DNA of 26,735 nucleotides from Rickettsiales bacterium (GTDB lineage: Bacteria; Pseudomonadota; Alphaproteobacteria; Rickettsiales; UBA1997). Below are positions 1 through 7,906 of the stretch, piece after piece (position 1 is the first letter of the stretch; each line of letters begins with the position of its first letter). The notes under the pieces are model-generated. The model ran no database searches and had not been told where the DNA came from. It saw only the letters and a list, made by a program, of their open reading frames with translations. The stretch covers positions 1 to 26,735 of the forward strand of contig JBLHNE010000001.1 in NCBI GenBank assembly GCA_047619265.1, written 5' to 3'. Both the position numbers and the translations under genes were made by a program.

Positions 1-2
1 AA

Positions 3-1427
3 AAACAGTTAGCTGCTGATTTATATCAACATCGTTTTCAAACTAGAGAGGCTGATTTAGTTACTATCTCGATGAAGAATATTGGTAAATCCGAAAATCC
101 TAATGATTTCGAATTAAATGGTTTTTTTGAAAAACATAAAAATCAATTTGATTTACCTGAATTACGCAAAGTTTCATATATTGTTTTTGGAGATAATTAT
201 TTGAAACCATCAATAAAAATTAGCGATGATGAAGTTGCTTTGGAATATGAATCCAACAAAGATGAATATACAACTCCGGAAACCGCTGATTTTTATCAAA
301 TATTATTTTCTGATGAATCGGAAGCTAAAAATTTCTATCAAGAATTAAAAGATCAAACCGAAGTTTTGGATGCCAATAAGGCGGAAATTTTCATTAAGCT
401 AGCAAGTTCTAAAGGTAAGGATAGATCATCTATTAATCTTGATAAAATTAGCAAGAAATTATTGCCAAAAGAAGTTGCTAATCCAGCATTTGACTTAAGC
501 AAAGGTCAATTTAGTGAAGTTATTGAAAGCCAAATTGGTTTTCATGTGTTTTACTTAGTTAATAAAAATCCAGCATCTTTGTCGCCTTTTAGAGAAGTTA
601 GAGATGAAATTAAAAAACGATTACTGGCTCAAAAAGAAGAAAATCAAGTTCAGAATGGTTTAAGAAACATTTCAAACGAAATTCTAGCTACAAATTCATT
701 AGAAAAAGTTTCACAAACTTTAAAAATGTCTATCGATAAGTCTTTGCCTAAATTTGCAATAAATGGCCTAGATTCAAGGCAAAAACCAATTTCTGATTTA
801 CAAGACCTAACTGATTTTGCTAAAAACTCTTTTGATCTTGAGCAAGGTAAAGTTTCTAAAATATTTGCATCCAAAAATGGTAAATATTACATAATTTTAG
901 TTGAAAAAATTGATCAAAAAAGACAAAGAAGTCTTGATGAAGTAAGGGTTGCCGTAACGGACATGTGGATTAAGCAAGTGAAGCAGGAAAAAATGACTGA
1001 TTTCGCTAATAAAATAAGTCAAGAAATCAATAAGGAGGGTAGCAATCTTTTGAAGATTATTGCTAAAAACGGTTTAAGAATTGAAAAAAATCAACAATTT
1101 CCTAGATTTTATTTAATCGATTCTGGGAACGGCAAAAAAATTCCTTATGCCAATGAGTTGCTGAATGAGATTTTTGCTTTAAAAATAAATCAAGCTACAA
1201 ATCCGATTAAGTCAGGTAAAGATAAAGTTGTGATTGCTGTTTTGCGTTCCATTCAGAGCCCTGAAAAAAATGAATTGGAAACTGAATCTATTGCTAGCGA
1301 CATGACTAATGATTTAAGAAATGATATTCTCACCAGCTTTAATCAATATGTTCAAAATAAGTTTCCGGTTGAAGTTAATGAAAAATTAATGCCGACCGAA
1401 GATAATAAATCTAGCGATGACAAATAA
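3..1427 (+). CDS. ppiD: PpiD/SurA-like periplasmic chaperone with PpiC-type (parvulin) domain, 5'-partial
   Basis: The frame is open from base 3 (KQLAADLYQHRFQTREADLVTIS-MKNIG), so the gene starts left of the window. Parvulin-like segments are present (TPETADFYQILF, AFDLSKGQFSEVIESQIGFHVF). It lies directly upstream of trpE, a common alphaproteobacterial arrangement. Confidence 0.75.
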   Translation, partial: KQLAADLYQHRFQTREADLVTISMKNIGKSENPNDFELNGFFEKHKNQFDLPELRKVSYIVFGDNYLKPSIKISDDEVALEYESNKDEYTTPETADFYQILFSDESEAKNFYQELKDQTEVLDANKAEIFIKLASSKGKDRSSINLDKISKKLLPKEVANPAFDLSKGQFSEVIESQIGFHVFYLVNKNPASLSPFREVRDEIKKRLLAQKEENQVQNGLRNISNEILATNSLEKVSQTLKMSIDKSLPKFAINGLDSRQKPISDLQDLTDFAKNSFDLEQGKVSKIFASKNGKYYIILVEKIDQKRQRSLDEVRVAVTDMWIKQVKQEKMTDFANKISQEINKEGSNLLKIIAKNGLRIEKNQQFPRFYLIDSGNGKKIPYANELLNEIFALKINQATNPIKSGKDKVVIAVLRSIQSPEKNELETESIASDMTNDLRNDILTSFNQYVQNKFPVEVNEKLMPTEDNKSSDDK

Positions 1428-2946
1428 TAGCAGTTCCAATCATGCTTTGGCTTCGCCAGCGCTTGAAAATCAAGGATTTTCAAGATACCATTTACCATCT
1501 GAAAATGGTAAATGTTATAATCCTAAGGACAATAAGGTTTTTTCTAAACAAATTTCTGCTGACCTTCTTACTCCTGTATTGGCTTTGATTAAAATTCAAA
1601 GCCATTTCCCTTCTCACCATTTTTTATTTGAGTCAGTCGAAAAGGCTAATAATCGTGGGCGCTATTCAGTTATTGGTGTTTTGCCAGATTTAGTCTGGAA
1701 ATGTGAAAATAATATCGCTTACGTAAATTCTAGTTTCGAAAAAAATCCTGAAGATTTTGAAGAAATAAAAACTCACCCAATTTCCTCCTTAAGAAACCTA
1801 ATTAATGAATCCCAAATTGAAGGTGATTGCCCAGTTTTATCCTCGGGAATTTTTGGCTATATGGGTTATGACATGGCTCGTCTTATGGAAAAATTGCCAG
1901 ATAATAATTTAAGTGATGAAATTAAAATTCCTGATTCAATATTTATCAGGCCTCAAATTTTAATTGTTTTTGATGGCTTGTTTGACGTTGTCAATATCTA
2001 CGCCCCGACTTACCAAGGTGCTGAAAATAATTCTGAAGAAAATATTAATAAGGTTGTTCAAATTTTAAATGATTCTACCGAGCTTCCCCAAGTAAAAAAA
2101 CTTGGTGAAATTTTGGAATTTAATTCAAATTTCAGCGAAGAAGAATATTGTAGCACTGTTAAAAAAGCGCAAAAATACATTGAGTCTGGAGACATTTTTC
2201 AGGTTCTTCCTTCTCAAAGATTTTCTAGTAATTTTGCTAATGAAAATGCTCTGCATTTCTATCGTTCTTTGCGACGAATCAATCCTTCTCCATTTTTATT
2301 CTACGTTAAATTTGATGATTTTTGCTTAACAGGATCAAGTCCGGAAATTATGGTGGCGGTTAAGAATCAAAAAATGACTGTGCGCCCACTGGCTGGAACT
2401 AGAAAAAGAGGCGTAAATGAAGTTGAGGATAAAAAAATTGCTGTAGAATTGTTAAATGACGAAAAAGAAGTTGCGGAACATTTAATGCTAATCGATCTAG
2501 GAAGACACGATGTAGGAAGAGTTTGTAAAGCTGGAAGTGTTAAATTAACTGAGAATATGATTGTTGAGAATTATTCGCACGTCATGCATATTAGTTCTAA
2601 TGTAGAAGGAATTTTAGATGAAAAATATGATGCTCTAGATGCTTTAATTAGTGGATTTCCTGCCGGGACAGTTAGTGGCGCTCCAAAAATACGCGCTATG
2701 GAAATTATTGAAGAACTCGAAAAATGCAAAAGAGGTTTTTACGCTGGATGTGTAGGCTATTTTGCGGGAAATGGCGATATGGAAACTTGCATAACTCTTC
2801 GCTCCGCCTTAATTAAAAATAATAAAATTCACCTTCAATCTGGAGCTGGGGTTGTTTTTGACTCTGTTCCTGAATCTGAATATCAAGAATGTTTAAATAA
2901 GGCAGCCGCTTTGATTAAGGCAGCTGAAAAGGTTTTTGATTCTTAG
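1417..2946 (+). CDS. trpE: Anthranilate synthase component I
   Basis: 509 aa. Motifs: FLFES (Trp-feedback Ser), LRRINPSPF, PLAGTRKRG, EHLMLIDLGRHD, YSHVMH, FPAGTVSGAPKIRAM, QSGAGVVFDS. The start overlaps the ppiD stop. PabB cannot be fully excluded. Confidence 0.88.
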   Translation: MTNNSSSNHALASPALENQGFSRYHLPSENGKCYNPKDNKVFSKQISADLLTPVLALIKIQSHFPSHHFLFESVEKANNRGRYSVIGVLPDLVWKCENNIAYVNSSFEKNPEDFEEIKTHPISSLRNLINESQIEGDCPVLSSGIFGYMGYDMARLMEKLPDNNLSDEIKIPDSIFIRPQILIVFDGLFDVVNIYAPTYQGAENNSEENINKVVQILNDSTELPQVKKLGEILEFNSNFSEEEYCSTVKKAQKYIESGDIFQVLPSQRFSSNFANENALHFYRSLRRINPSPFLFYVKFDDFCLTGSSPEIMVAVKNQKMTVRPLAGTRKRGVNEVEDKKIAVELLNDEKEVAEHLMLIDLGRHDVGRVCKAGSVKLTENMIVENYSHVMHISSNVEGILDEKYDALDALISGFPAGTVSGAPKIRAMEIIEELEKCKRGFYAGCVGYFAGNGDMETCITLRSALIKNNKIHLQSGAGVVFDSVPESEYQECLNKAAALIKAAEKVFDS

Positions 2947-2961
2947 GATCTGCTCTTTTTT

Positions 2962-3006
2962 TCTAAATTTTTTCAAAATATTCCCGATATTTATCAAAAA
3001 TTTAGA
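2962..3006. terminator. AT-rich hairpin between convergent genes, possible bidirectional terminator
   Basis: TCTAAATTTTT (2962-2972) and AAAAATTTAGA (2996-3006) form a perfect 11-bp inverted repeat, with an inner AAATAT/ATATTT pair. Confidence 0.45.
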
Positions 3007-3062
3007 CAAAAATCGCTAAAAATTTTCTAAAAAACTGGGGCAAAATGAAATCGGAGTAGAAC

Positions 3063-3736
3063 TTAGATAATTTTTCTTAATTCTTTCAGAAAAACTTTGT
3101 GGCTTGTAAAATTAAGCAGAGAATTTTCTTTCTTAGAAGATTCAGATTCAAAAATTTCCTGTGGAATTGAATTTCTTTCACCATATAAAATTGGCCGACA
3201 CCCAGAATTGATCGCGCACCAAATATCGGTCATAGTGTCGCCAACAAACCATACTAAATCTTTTTGTGGATCGATATTAGATCCTTTTAAAACAAGATCT
3301 ACTGGCGCTTTGTGAGGTTTATCGAAAGCGGCATCTCCTGCTCCAACTATCGAAAAAAACTTATTATCTATTTTTAAATGACTAGCTTCAATTCTCAAAG
3401 CTTCACCTGTTTTGTTGCTAACGACAAATAGCAAAATATTTTTATTATAAAGAAAATCAATCAAATCGACAGCTTCGGGCAAAAATTTTACTTTTTGCAG
3501 ATGTTGTGATCGATAGCTTTTTTTAAAAAACTCTCTTGCTTCTTGCCAAACATCTCCAAACAATTCTGGAAAAAGATCGTCGGCAGATTTATGGATTCCT
3601 TTTTTTACTGCTTCTTCACTCCATAAATCTTTACCCATTTTTCCATGGTTTTATTGAGAGCAAAATGAATAACTGACCAGCTATCCACTAAAGTGTTGTC
3701 CCAATCAAAGATTATTGCTTTTGGAAAATTATTCAT
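3063..3736 (-). pseudogene. HAD-superfamily hydrolase (phosphoglycolate phosphatase-like), split by a 1-nt frameshift
   Basis: ATG 3736 reads MNNFPKAIIFDWDNTLVDSWSVIHFALNKTMEK (HAD motif I, DWDNT) and then stops at 3607-3605. The rest (MGKDLW...VSNK...KP...FVGD) is in another frame from 3638. One extra A in the A5 run (plus-strand T 3638-3642) restores a single ORF of about 224 aa. Confidence 0.8.
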
Positions 3737-3905
3737 TGTGTAGAATTTTTGTAAAAAAAATATTGTTAAGGATTAATTATCAAGAGCTTAATGTTTATTT
3801 ACTGATTTTCTGAAATGACGTAAAAATAATATAGACATTTTAATCGCTACCAAATAATGTCGCGGCCTTACTGCTCATCAATAATGTTACAATCAACATA
3901 AAAAT

Positions 3906-5159
3906 ATGCCAATTGAAATTCTAATGCCTGCACTTTCACCAACAATGAAAGAGGGAAATCTCGCGAAATGGATTAAAAAAGAGGGTGACAAAATTAAATC
4001 TGGAGATGTTATCGCTGAAATTGAAACAGATAAAGCAACAATGGAAGTTGAAGCTGCTGATGAAGGAACTTTAGGTAAAATTTTGGTTGCAGAAGGAACT
4101 GAAAATGTTCCAGTAAATGATTTGATCGCTTTGATTTTGGAAGAAGGTGAAGATAAATCGGCTCTTGATTCCTATCAGGCTGAATCTTCTAAAAAAGCCC
4201 CAGAAGCAAAAGTAGAATCTCAGCCAGAAGAAAAGAAGGAAGAGTCAAAATCTCCCATATCTCAAATTAATACTCCTCAAATTAGCAATAGTAGAATTGC
4301 AGCAAGCCCTCTTGCTAAAAGAATTGCAGCGGATAAAAATATTAATTTAAATAATATTTCAGGTTCAGGGCCCAGAGGAAGAATTGTTAAAGACGATGTG
4401 TTAAATGCTAAATCTTCAGGAAGAATTGCTGGCGCTATTAGTCGCAATCCAGAAGAATTTTCTTTATCAAAAAATAGCAATGTTAGAAAAGTTATTGCAC
4501 GTCGCTTGCTTGAGTCTAAACAAACTGTTCCGCATTTCTATTTGAGTTCAGATTTGAACATCGACAAATTGATGGAAGTTAGAAAAGCACTCAATGAACT
4601 TGCCAATCTTAACGATGCTGGCAAACCAGAATATAAAATTTCAGTCAATGATCTTGTTATTAAAGCGGTTGCTCTGGCTCTAAAAGCAGTTCCGGCGGCC
4701 AATAGCTCTTGGACTGACGATTCTATATTGCTTTACAATAATGTTGATGTTTCAGTTGCAGTTGCGGTTGATGGAGGTTTAATTACGCCAATAATTCGTA
4801 ATGCTGATCAAAAATCACTTCAAGAAATTTCTTCTGAAATGAAAATTTTGGCTAAAAAGGCTAAAGATGGCAAGCTACAGCCAGAAGAATTTCAAGGTGG
4901 TGGATTTAGTATTTCTAACCTTGGAATGTATGGAATTGACAGCTTTCAAGCTATCGTTAACCCGCCTCAAAGCTGTATTTTAGCGGTTGGAGCTGGAATT
5001 CAAAAGCCTATTGTTTGTGATGGAGATTTTGCTATCGCTTCAATCATGAATGTTACTTTGTCATCTGATCATCGTTCGGTCGATGGAGCTGTTGGCGCTG
5101 AATTTTTGAATTCATTGAAGAAATTCATTGAAAATCCAATTGCGATGATAGTTTCTTAA
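3906..5159 (+). CDS. pdhC: Pyruvate dehydrogenase E2, dihydrolipoamide acetyltransferase
   Basis: Starts [14 protein letters not shown]. Single lipoyl domain (ETDKA), E3-binding domain (SPLAKRIA) and catalytic DHRSVDG. Confidence 0.95.
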   Translation: MPIEILMPALSPTMKEGNLAKWIKKEGDKIKSGDVIAEIETDKATMEVEAADEGTLGKILVAEGTENVPVNDLIALILEEGEDKSALDSYQAESSKKAPEAKVESQPEEKKEESKSPISQINTPQISNSRIAASPLAKRIAADKNINLNNISGSGPRGRIVKDDVLNAKSSGRIAGAISRNPEEFSLSKNSNVRKVIARRLLESKQTVPHFYLSSDLNIDKLMEVRKALNELANLNDAGKPEYKISVNDLVIKAVALALKAVPAANSSWTDDSILLYNNVDVSVAVAVDGGLITPIIRNADQKSLQEISSEMKILAKKAKDGKLQPEEFQGGGFSISNLGMYGIDSFQAIVNPPQSCILAVGAGIQKPIVCDGDFAIASIMNVTLSSDHRSVDGAVGAEFLNSLKKFIENPIAMIVS

Positions 5160-5191
5160 TCTTCCTTTTTTAAATATTAATAATTTTACTA

Positions 5192-5548
5192 ATGACTAAG
5201 ACTTTTGAGTTTATCCTAATTTTATTTCTTACAATCTTTTCTTTTGCTCTGGGAGTTAAATATTCTCCAGCAGTTATGGAAAAAGTGGGCTGGATGTTTG
5301 AAAACAATGACGAAACTCCTTTGCCAGATTTAACTAATACGCAAAATCCTGAAATGGATATGTCATATGACATAAATATAAATAATTATGCTGGTGAAGA
5401 AGCTGTTGATTCTTCAATAGAGGTTTTGGATGAAATTCCGTCAGAAGAAGTATCTGCGGAAGAGATTTTGATAGAAGTTCCGGTGGAGGATGTTCTTGTA
5501 GAAGAGATTATTGACGTTCCTGCTATGCCTTATGATATTATCAATTAA
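5192..5548 (+). CDS. Hypothetical membrane-anchored protein with acidic tail
   Basis: 118 aa. Hydrophobic N-terminus (FEFILILFLTIFSFALGV) followed by an E/D/V/I/P-rich low-complexity tail. Co-oriented 32 bp after pdhC. Confidence 0.7.
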   Translation: MTKTFEFILILFLTIFSFALGVKYSPAVMEKVGWMFENNDETPLPDLTNTQNPEMDMSYDININNYAGEEAVDSSIEVLDEIPSEEVSAEEILIEVPVEDVLVEEIIDVPAMPYDIIN

Positions 5549-5576
5549 TTTGATAAAAATTTAAAAGTAGCAAAAG

Positions 5577-5630
5577 CCTGTAAATAAAGAATTTTTAGCA
5601 AAAAATTGCTAAAGTTTTTTTATTTACAGG
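5577..5630. terminator. Long hairpin between convergent genes, probable bidirectional terminator
   Basis: CCTGTAAATAAA (5577-5588) pairs with TTTATTTACAGG (5619-5630). The inner stem is TTTAGCA/TGCTAAA. The whole stem is about 25 bp with 1 mismatch and 2 G-T pairs. Confidence 0.6.
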
Positions 5631-5645
5631 TTTTTTATTTACAGG
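5616..5645 (+). repeat. Exact tandem 15-bp duplication TTTTTTATTTACAGG x2
   Basis: 5616-5630 is identical to 5631-5645. It lies just past the prfB stop. Confidence 0.9.
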
Positions 5646-5650
5646 ATTTT

Positions 5651-6755
5651 TTATTGATCTTCCTGGATTCTTTGGCTTAAAGTAGCCATAATAAAACCAT
5701 CTAAATCGCCATCTAAAACTGATTGATAATTTCCTACCTCGTAGCCAGTTCGTAGATCTTTGACCATTTGGTAAGGCTGCATTACATAAGAGCGTATTTG
5801 ATGACCCCAACCATTATCTGTTTTTCCGGCATTAATTTTTGACTGTTCTTCCTCTCTTTTTCTAATTTCTGCCTCGTACATCCTTGATTTTAACATTTTC
5901 ATTGCTTCTGCTCGGTTTTTTATTTGAGAACGATCTGTTTGGCAGCCAACTACAATATTAGTGGGAAGATGGGTGATACGAACGGCAGAATCGGTTTTGT
6001 TGACATGTTGACCACCAGCTCCGCTGGCGCGGAAGGTGTCGATGCGTAAATCTTTGTCAATAATCTCAATATTAATACTGTCGTCAACAATTGGATAAAC
6101 CCAGATGCTGGCAAAGCTGGTTTGGCGTTTTCCATTAGCATTGAAGGGAGAAATGCGTACCAAGCGATGTACGCCGCTTTCGGTTTTTGCCCAGCCATAA
6201 GCTCCGCGACCCATAACTTTTATGGTTGCGGATTTTATTCCAGCTTCATCGCCATCTAGGCAGTGAACTAATTCGGTTTTAAAATTATGTCTTTCTGCCC
6301 ATCTTAAATACATTCTAAGAAGCATTGAGGCAAAATCGCAAGCATCAGAACCGCCCACTCCAGAATTGATTTCAATAAAACAATCATTTTGGTCGGCATC
6401 TCCTGAGAATAAGGCTTCAACCTTATTTTGGCCTGATTTAACTTTTAGCTGTTCAAGTGATTTTTCTACCTCAGAGATTATTTCAGAATCATTCTCATTT
6501 TCGGCAATTTCCAACAATTCAACATTGTCTTTTAATTCTTGCTTTAAAGATTCAAAGTCTTTTAGGAGGTTTTCAGCGATGCTTTTTTCTTGCATTAGCT
6601 TCCCCGCTTTTTCGTTATCTTGCCAATCTAGGGTTTCAACTTGTTTTTCTAGCTCTGCTAATTTGATTTTTAAATTAGGAACGTCAAAGACACCCCGCTA
6701 TTAATTTTAAAGATTCGGTAATGTCGGAAATTAAGGATGTTATTTCTGCTTTCAT
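5651..6755 (-). CDS. prfB: Peptide chain release factor 2 (programmed +1 frameshift)
   Basis: ATG 6755 reads MKAEITSLISDITESLKLIAGCL, then CTT TGA C. The +1 frame continues DVPNLKIKLAE...MQEKS. It contains the SPF tripeptide (RISPF) and the GGQ motif (GAGGQHVN). Confidence 0.96.
6683..6698 (-). promoter_or_regulatory. RF2 +1 frameshift cassette (SD-like GGGG plus CTT TGA C)
   Basis: The minus strand reads GCGGGG TGT CTT TGA C. CTT is codon 23 (6689-6687) and TGA is 6686-6684. Confidence 0.95.
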
Positions 6756-6828
6756 TTGGAAGGATAATTATTAATAATGTTCAGATATTCTAGTTATTAG
6801 TTTTAAATATTCCACCTGCCTAAAATCA

Positions 6829-7899
6829 ATGCAAATTAAACCTTTTCAAGCTGAAGCCTTCATCAATAATATTTTTAACAATAAAGATATTTTTGCCATC
6901 GTGCTTTACGGTCCAGAAGCTGGATTGATTCAAATTCGTGCCAAAAAAATATCCAGTCAAATTGTAGAAGATTTAAAAGATCCATTCTTAACAGTATCTT
7001 TAAATGAAAAGCAATTTGATGAAGATAAGGGATTGCTTAGTGATGAATTTAATGCGATTTCAATGCTTGGTGGCAGAAAATTAATTACCGTCGATGGCGG
7101 TAATAAAACCACTGAAAGTTTAAAAATAATTTTTGAAGCTCCAAAAATTTCCGCTAAAAAATCGGCAAAAAGAACAGATGTTGAAGAATTTAGAATCGTT
7201 GGTAATAATTTTATTTTAATTAATGCTGGAGAATTAGATAAAAGCTCATCACTTCGTAAATTTGCTGAGAGTTCTCCATATATTGCTGCAATAGCTTGTT
7301 ATGAAGATGATTCTGCAACTATTATGGCGATTATTCGTGGTAAATTAAAAGAATATAATTTCACTTTTGACGGACAAATAGTGCAAATGTTAATGGATAA
7401 ATTTGGCAAGAATCGTCAAATAATTTTAAATGAGATAGAAAAATTAGATTTAATGATGGGAAAGAATCGTCAGTTAACGGCGGATATTTTACAGGAAATA
7501 ATTACAGATATTGCTGAAGTTTCGGCCTTTGGATTAGTGGAGGAATTTGCTAATCGCAATCCTTTGAAAGCAATTTTCTACTTAGAAAAACTCTACATTG
7601 AAAAAACTTCGCCGATAATGATTTTAAGATTTTTGGTGAATTATTTTACTAAACTGCTTTTGGTTAAAGCCAATATTAAAAATGGCAGCAATTTGGATCT
7701 TGAAATGAAAATTCAAAGTGTATTTTTTAAGCAACAACCAATCTTTAAAAAACATTTAAATATTTGGAATGAGAAAGCAATTTCGAATCTTTTGCTTAAA
7801 TTACAAGAGCTTGAAATTAAATGTAAGAATAGTAATTTTGATTCTGAGCTTTTGCTGACCTCTTTTATTAATTTTGTTCTTTTGAAAAAATCCTCCTAG
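6829..7899 (+). CDS. holA: DNA polymerase III subunit delta
   Basis: 356 aa. Motifs: VLYGPEAGL, SMLGGRKLI, L..SSSLRKFAE, CYED, EIEKL. Confidence 0.9.
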   Translation: MQIKPFQAEAFINNIFNNKDIFAIVLYGPEAGLIQIRAKKISSQIVEDLKDPFLTVSLNEKQFDEDKGLLSDEFNAISMLGGRKLITVDGGNKTTESLKIIFEAPKISAKKSAKRTDVEEFRIVGNNFILINAGELDKSSSLRKFAESSPYIAAIACYEDDSATIMAIIRGKLKEYNFTFDGQIVQMLMDKFGKNRQIILNEIEKLDLMMGKNRQLTADILQEIITDIAEVSAFGLVEEFANRNPLKAIFYLEKLYIEKTSPIMILRFLVNYFTKLLLVKANIKNGSNLDLEMKIQSVFFKQQPIFKKHLNIWNEKAISNLLLKLQELEIKCKNSNFDSELLLTSFINFVLLKKSS

Positions 7900-7906
7900 A
7901 TTATGT

